From Azolla caroliniana (Eukaryota; Plantae; Polypodiophyta), in contig JBHGNT010000017.1 of NCBI GenBank assembly GCA_043228905.1, forward strand, positions 10,478,001-10,542,000: DNA of 64,000 bases, in the 5' to 3' direction. Under the pieces are notes generated by a model. That model was given only the letters and a program-made list of their open reading frames with translations. It made no database searches and was not told the DNA's origin. Shown in pieces: positions 60,650-64,000 of this stretch. Position 1 is the stretch's first letter, and every line of letters begins with the position of its first letter. Made by a program: the position numbers and the translations under genes.

Positions 60650-63235
60650 CCCCACTTATCATCCGGACCATACTCTGGCCAACAATCAACCGGTTCTTCC
60701 TTTTGGCTACGCCATTCTGCTCTGGCGTATATCTACAACTAAATTCACATTGAATTCCCATCTGCTACAGATAATAGTTGAATTGGTTGGAAAAGTATTC
60801 TTTTCTGCCATCTGACCACATACACTTGATTTTCCTCTCTGTTTGCCATTCTACAAGATTCTTCAAGTTCCAGAAACAAGAGGATACATCACACTTCTTC
60901 TCTATGAGGTAAACCCATGTTTGTTGGTTGTAGTCATTGATGAAGGAGACAAAGTATCAACTCCTATCTATAATCATATTATGTGTTAGACCCCACACAT
61001 GCGAATGAATTAGGTCGATCTTGTTATGGTTTCGATTTCGTTCATTGGGGAAAATAAGCCAATGTTGCTTCCCTAACAGGCCGGCTTCACAAACTTGGAC
61101 CTTCCGGCCATTGAACTTCAGCAAGCCGAACACGATTTGTTTTGCTTGCAACTTTTGAAGCCTTTGGAAGTTGACATGGCCGATCCGCTTATGCCACAAG
61201 TCGATATCTGATTTGACTTTTTTTACTTTGGCAAACATTGTGGTGCTTATATTATTCATTTTGAGGATGAACACCCTCGCTTCTCGTCACCCTTGCACAA
61301 TGATTTGTCCTTCTTCTCGAATGAAGCGACCTAGGTGGGTGAATTGAACCTGCATTCCTTGGTCGACAATTTGACCTACCAGTACTAGAGTCTTGGTGAC
61401 CGTCAGAATTTGCATGATGTTCATTAGTCTCCCTTTCTGGCCAACATGGCTCAAGGGGACATCACCGACATGTTCGATGGGATGTGAGGTGTCATCTTTG
61501 GTTTCGACGACCCCCGATTGATCTAGCTTCTCAAGATATGAGAACCACTCTTCGTGGTTCGTCATGTGATTCGATGCTCTAGAATCAACATACCACACCT
61601 TGTTTGGTTTTGAGGTGCTCATCTTCATCGAGTTGGCCTTGTGCTTCATTAGAAAGATAGAATTTGTCTGGTCTTGGTTTGTGCCTTCAGCGAAGTGCGA
61701 TCGCTATTGATTTCCCTACGCTTTTCCTAACTTGGCTTTGTTAGAGACAACCTTCTTCTTCCAATGCTCGCTTTCCTTGTGACCCTTCCTACCACAGTAC
61801 CAGCAGTCAGTGGCTTTGTTTTGCCTGCCTCCGGCACCACCCTAACTCCCCCTGCTTGTGGAGGGTCCACTGTTGTCGACACTTCCTCTATGCTCTTATT
61901 CTCCTCTTGTCAGCTTCCATCATTGTGTGCTAATCCACCACATTCTCCACTACCACGAGGCCTATCCGCCTCCGTGTATAGCATCTAGTTGTCGGAATGC
62001 GTGCTTCTTGACGTACTTGTGTGGTTTTCTTCAACCATAAGCATTGATTGCAGATTGAAGAATGACGGTGGTCTCTCCCTCATGCAAATAGCCATCTGGA
62101 TTGGCCCATACCTTGGAGCTATACCACCAAGACAGATCTGTACCATCTCTTCCTTGTCCACTGACACATTGATGGATCCTAAGGCATCGCAGATCTCCTT
62201 GTTCTTCGTGGTGTAGTCATGGTGTAGCTACAACTTCCAGGTTGTGGCACTTGCAGCAAAAAACTTCTTCAGATTTTCCCATGCCTCCTTCAGTGTCTTT
62301 GCATTTCGGATGTAGCCCAACACTTGATCGTGCACACAAGATGTAAGGTAGTACAAGACTCTACTTGCTCCTTGCTCCCATACCGGAAAATCCTTGTGTG
62401 GCGATTCTGGCGCTACTTCATTTTCTCCTTGGATGTAACTCCAATAGCTATGCACGAGCAGGTACTGGTGCATCTTGTATTCCCAAGTTGCGTAGTTGCT
62501 TCTATCCAACTTCTTTGTCGGAAGAGCACAACCCATGCCTCTGTCCATGTTTCTATTCTTCTCTATTTCGAAACCCTTGCTACTGACTCGTGTCAGAAGA
62601 CTACGTCGACTATGGAGGATGCTTCTTAACCCTCACTCTTTGATATCATGTAAAGATTTACAATATGCAGAAGCTTGTGAACCGACAGTCGGTTGGTTAT
62701 CCGGAAGATGAACAATTCGTTAACACAGAACGCAGAGTACAAGAGAGAGAGAGTGAGAGCATGCAACAAAAATTCTATTACAGGAAAATGCTCAGTACAT
62801 TAAAGAGTGCTTATGTGCACTTTATATATACAAGCTCATTTGTCAAGGCCGTTATGAAGTACTGACATGTACTTCAATGCTCTTAAAAGAGCATCTGACA
62901 TTAATTGCCTACATTGGACCTATTTAATAGAATAGGACACGTCAGCACATGTGACATTCCGCCATTTGGATCCGACATTTGGCTTCATCATCTGAATCTG
63001 GTATCCAACATCCGATTTGGAAAGTGGGCCTAGCCAACTTAATTGATTCTGATCTTGCCTACTGGCTTATCTAACCAGTTCGGCCCATGTTGAGCTTGCG
63101 CGCTCAATAGTACGGATATTAATTTCGACTATTACTAAATCGACTTCGGCTTTGTTTGACTTCACAGTTGTCTCGTTGCACTTGTTTCGGCCTTTTGACG
63201 CTTTGACATTCTTAAGTCAACCTTCCTATGTAACA
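60650..63235 (-). mobile_element. Decayed Copia 5' half (gag, protease, integrase; LTR 62649 to about 63235)
   Basis: KLDRSNYATW, WYVDSRASNHMT, LWHKRIGH, LIHSHVWG; degenerate PBS TGATATCAAAGA; right LTR boundary uncertain. Confidence 0.8.
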
Positions 63236-63309
63236 TATTCACATTGATCGATCATGTGAGTTGAGTGACATAAGGCATAGCGCGTCCGCATTGTGCATTC
63301 GATTACAAT

Positions 63310-64000
63310 GGAATGACCCGTATTCAAGCATGTAATGCACTGAACTGCTTGCAGAAATCTGAGCTCCTCCTCCTTCGGCAAGGTTCTTTAGAGTGCTTCC
63401 ATCAACATAGTGTTGCTATCCTAGGCACGATCCATGTCCAAAACTCTGTCGATCACTTGCTCCAAAGTGTTGTCCCTAAAGTTTAGCACCGCTAGAGTTG
63501 TCTGTATGTAGCAGTTCCTTACGGGCTGTGAGGAAGGTTTCCTTCAGATCTTCCTCCGGAGGTGGTGGCATTAACTATTTTCGGAGATTGTGAGACCGGA
63601 TATAATAAATTAGAGAACCGTCTCATATGATTCTTGGTAGATAGTGTAGAATTGCCGGTTTTGATTGTGCTATTCGTTAGTAAAATAACCGAAGGAATTT
63701 GTCACACAATTGTGTAAATGATTTGAATTCACCCTACTTATGCTCGGAACACCAATTCGCCGATTGACCTTCCAATGATAAGCCAAACTCGGCAATTTTT
63801 TACGTGTTCGCATCAGCTGGTGATAGTCTTTGTGATACGTGATTTGCTTGCCATGTTGTAAGGAAAGCATGCAAATGCGTTTCGGCATCCAACTTGTCAT
63901 TGTACTTGGGGTAGGTTTATGACATTGTTCTTCTTCTTGAAATCTGGTCGACTCGCTACGTGGGATATTTGGCACTAGGTCCTTTGTTATGCGTGCGTTG
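63310..64000 (-). pseudogene. Athila-like gag remnant
   Basis: LAVLNFRDNTLEQVIDRVLDMD resembles the H gag near 56200-56270. Confidence 0.6.

Overview
This is a gene-free, plant-type heterochromatic block made almost entirely of nested LTR retrotransposons; I found no host gene, rRNA gene, intact tRNA gene or CRISPR array. Target-site duplications (TSDs) resolve a 7-level nest: Athila-like host H (10076-11522 + 52468-56500) > Athila-like A (11523-52467, TSD CGTCT) > Tcn1-like chromovirus C (11756-40688, TATTT) > tRNA-Trp-primed Gypsy B (22385-38826, ACGC) > Copia solo LTR E (23518-30754, CATGG) > Copia F (24261-30517, GAAGA) > solo LTR (24768-25682, CCGG). Also present are a young Copia (3810-9228, GTTCC), Gypsy D (12078-18962), a tandem gag-only element N (45724-49584), an intron-containing Sola2-like transposase relic and further remnants. 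The lineage mix suggests a non-seed land plant (inference). Main hunt results: (1) an antisense tRNA-like Pol III A/B-box module in the U3 of at least five different LTR families from two Gypsy lineages; (2) a candidate -1 frameshift with pseudoknot between protease and RT; (3) a covarying hairpin before an atypical PPT; (4) 4-bp TSDs centred on CpG; (5) Tf1-type self-priming and heat-shock elements in the chromovirus LTRs; (6) an apparent Gag capsid swap between two Copia elements. Lineage names come from recalled motifs and need HMM or phylogenetic confirmation.
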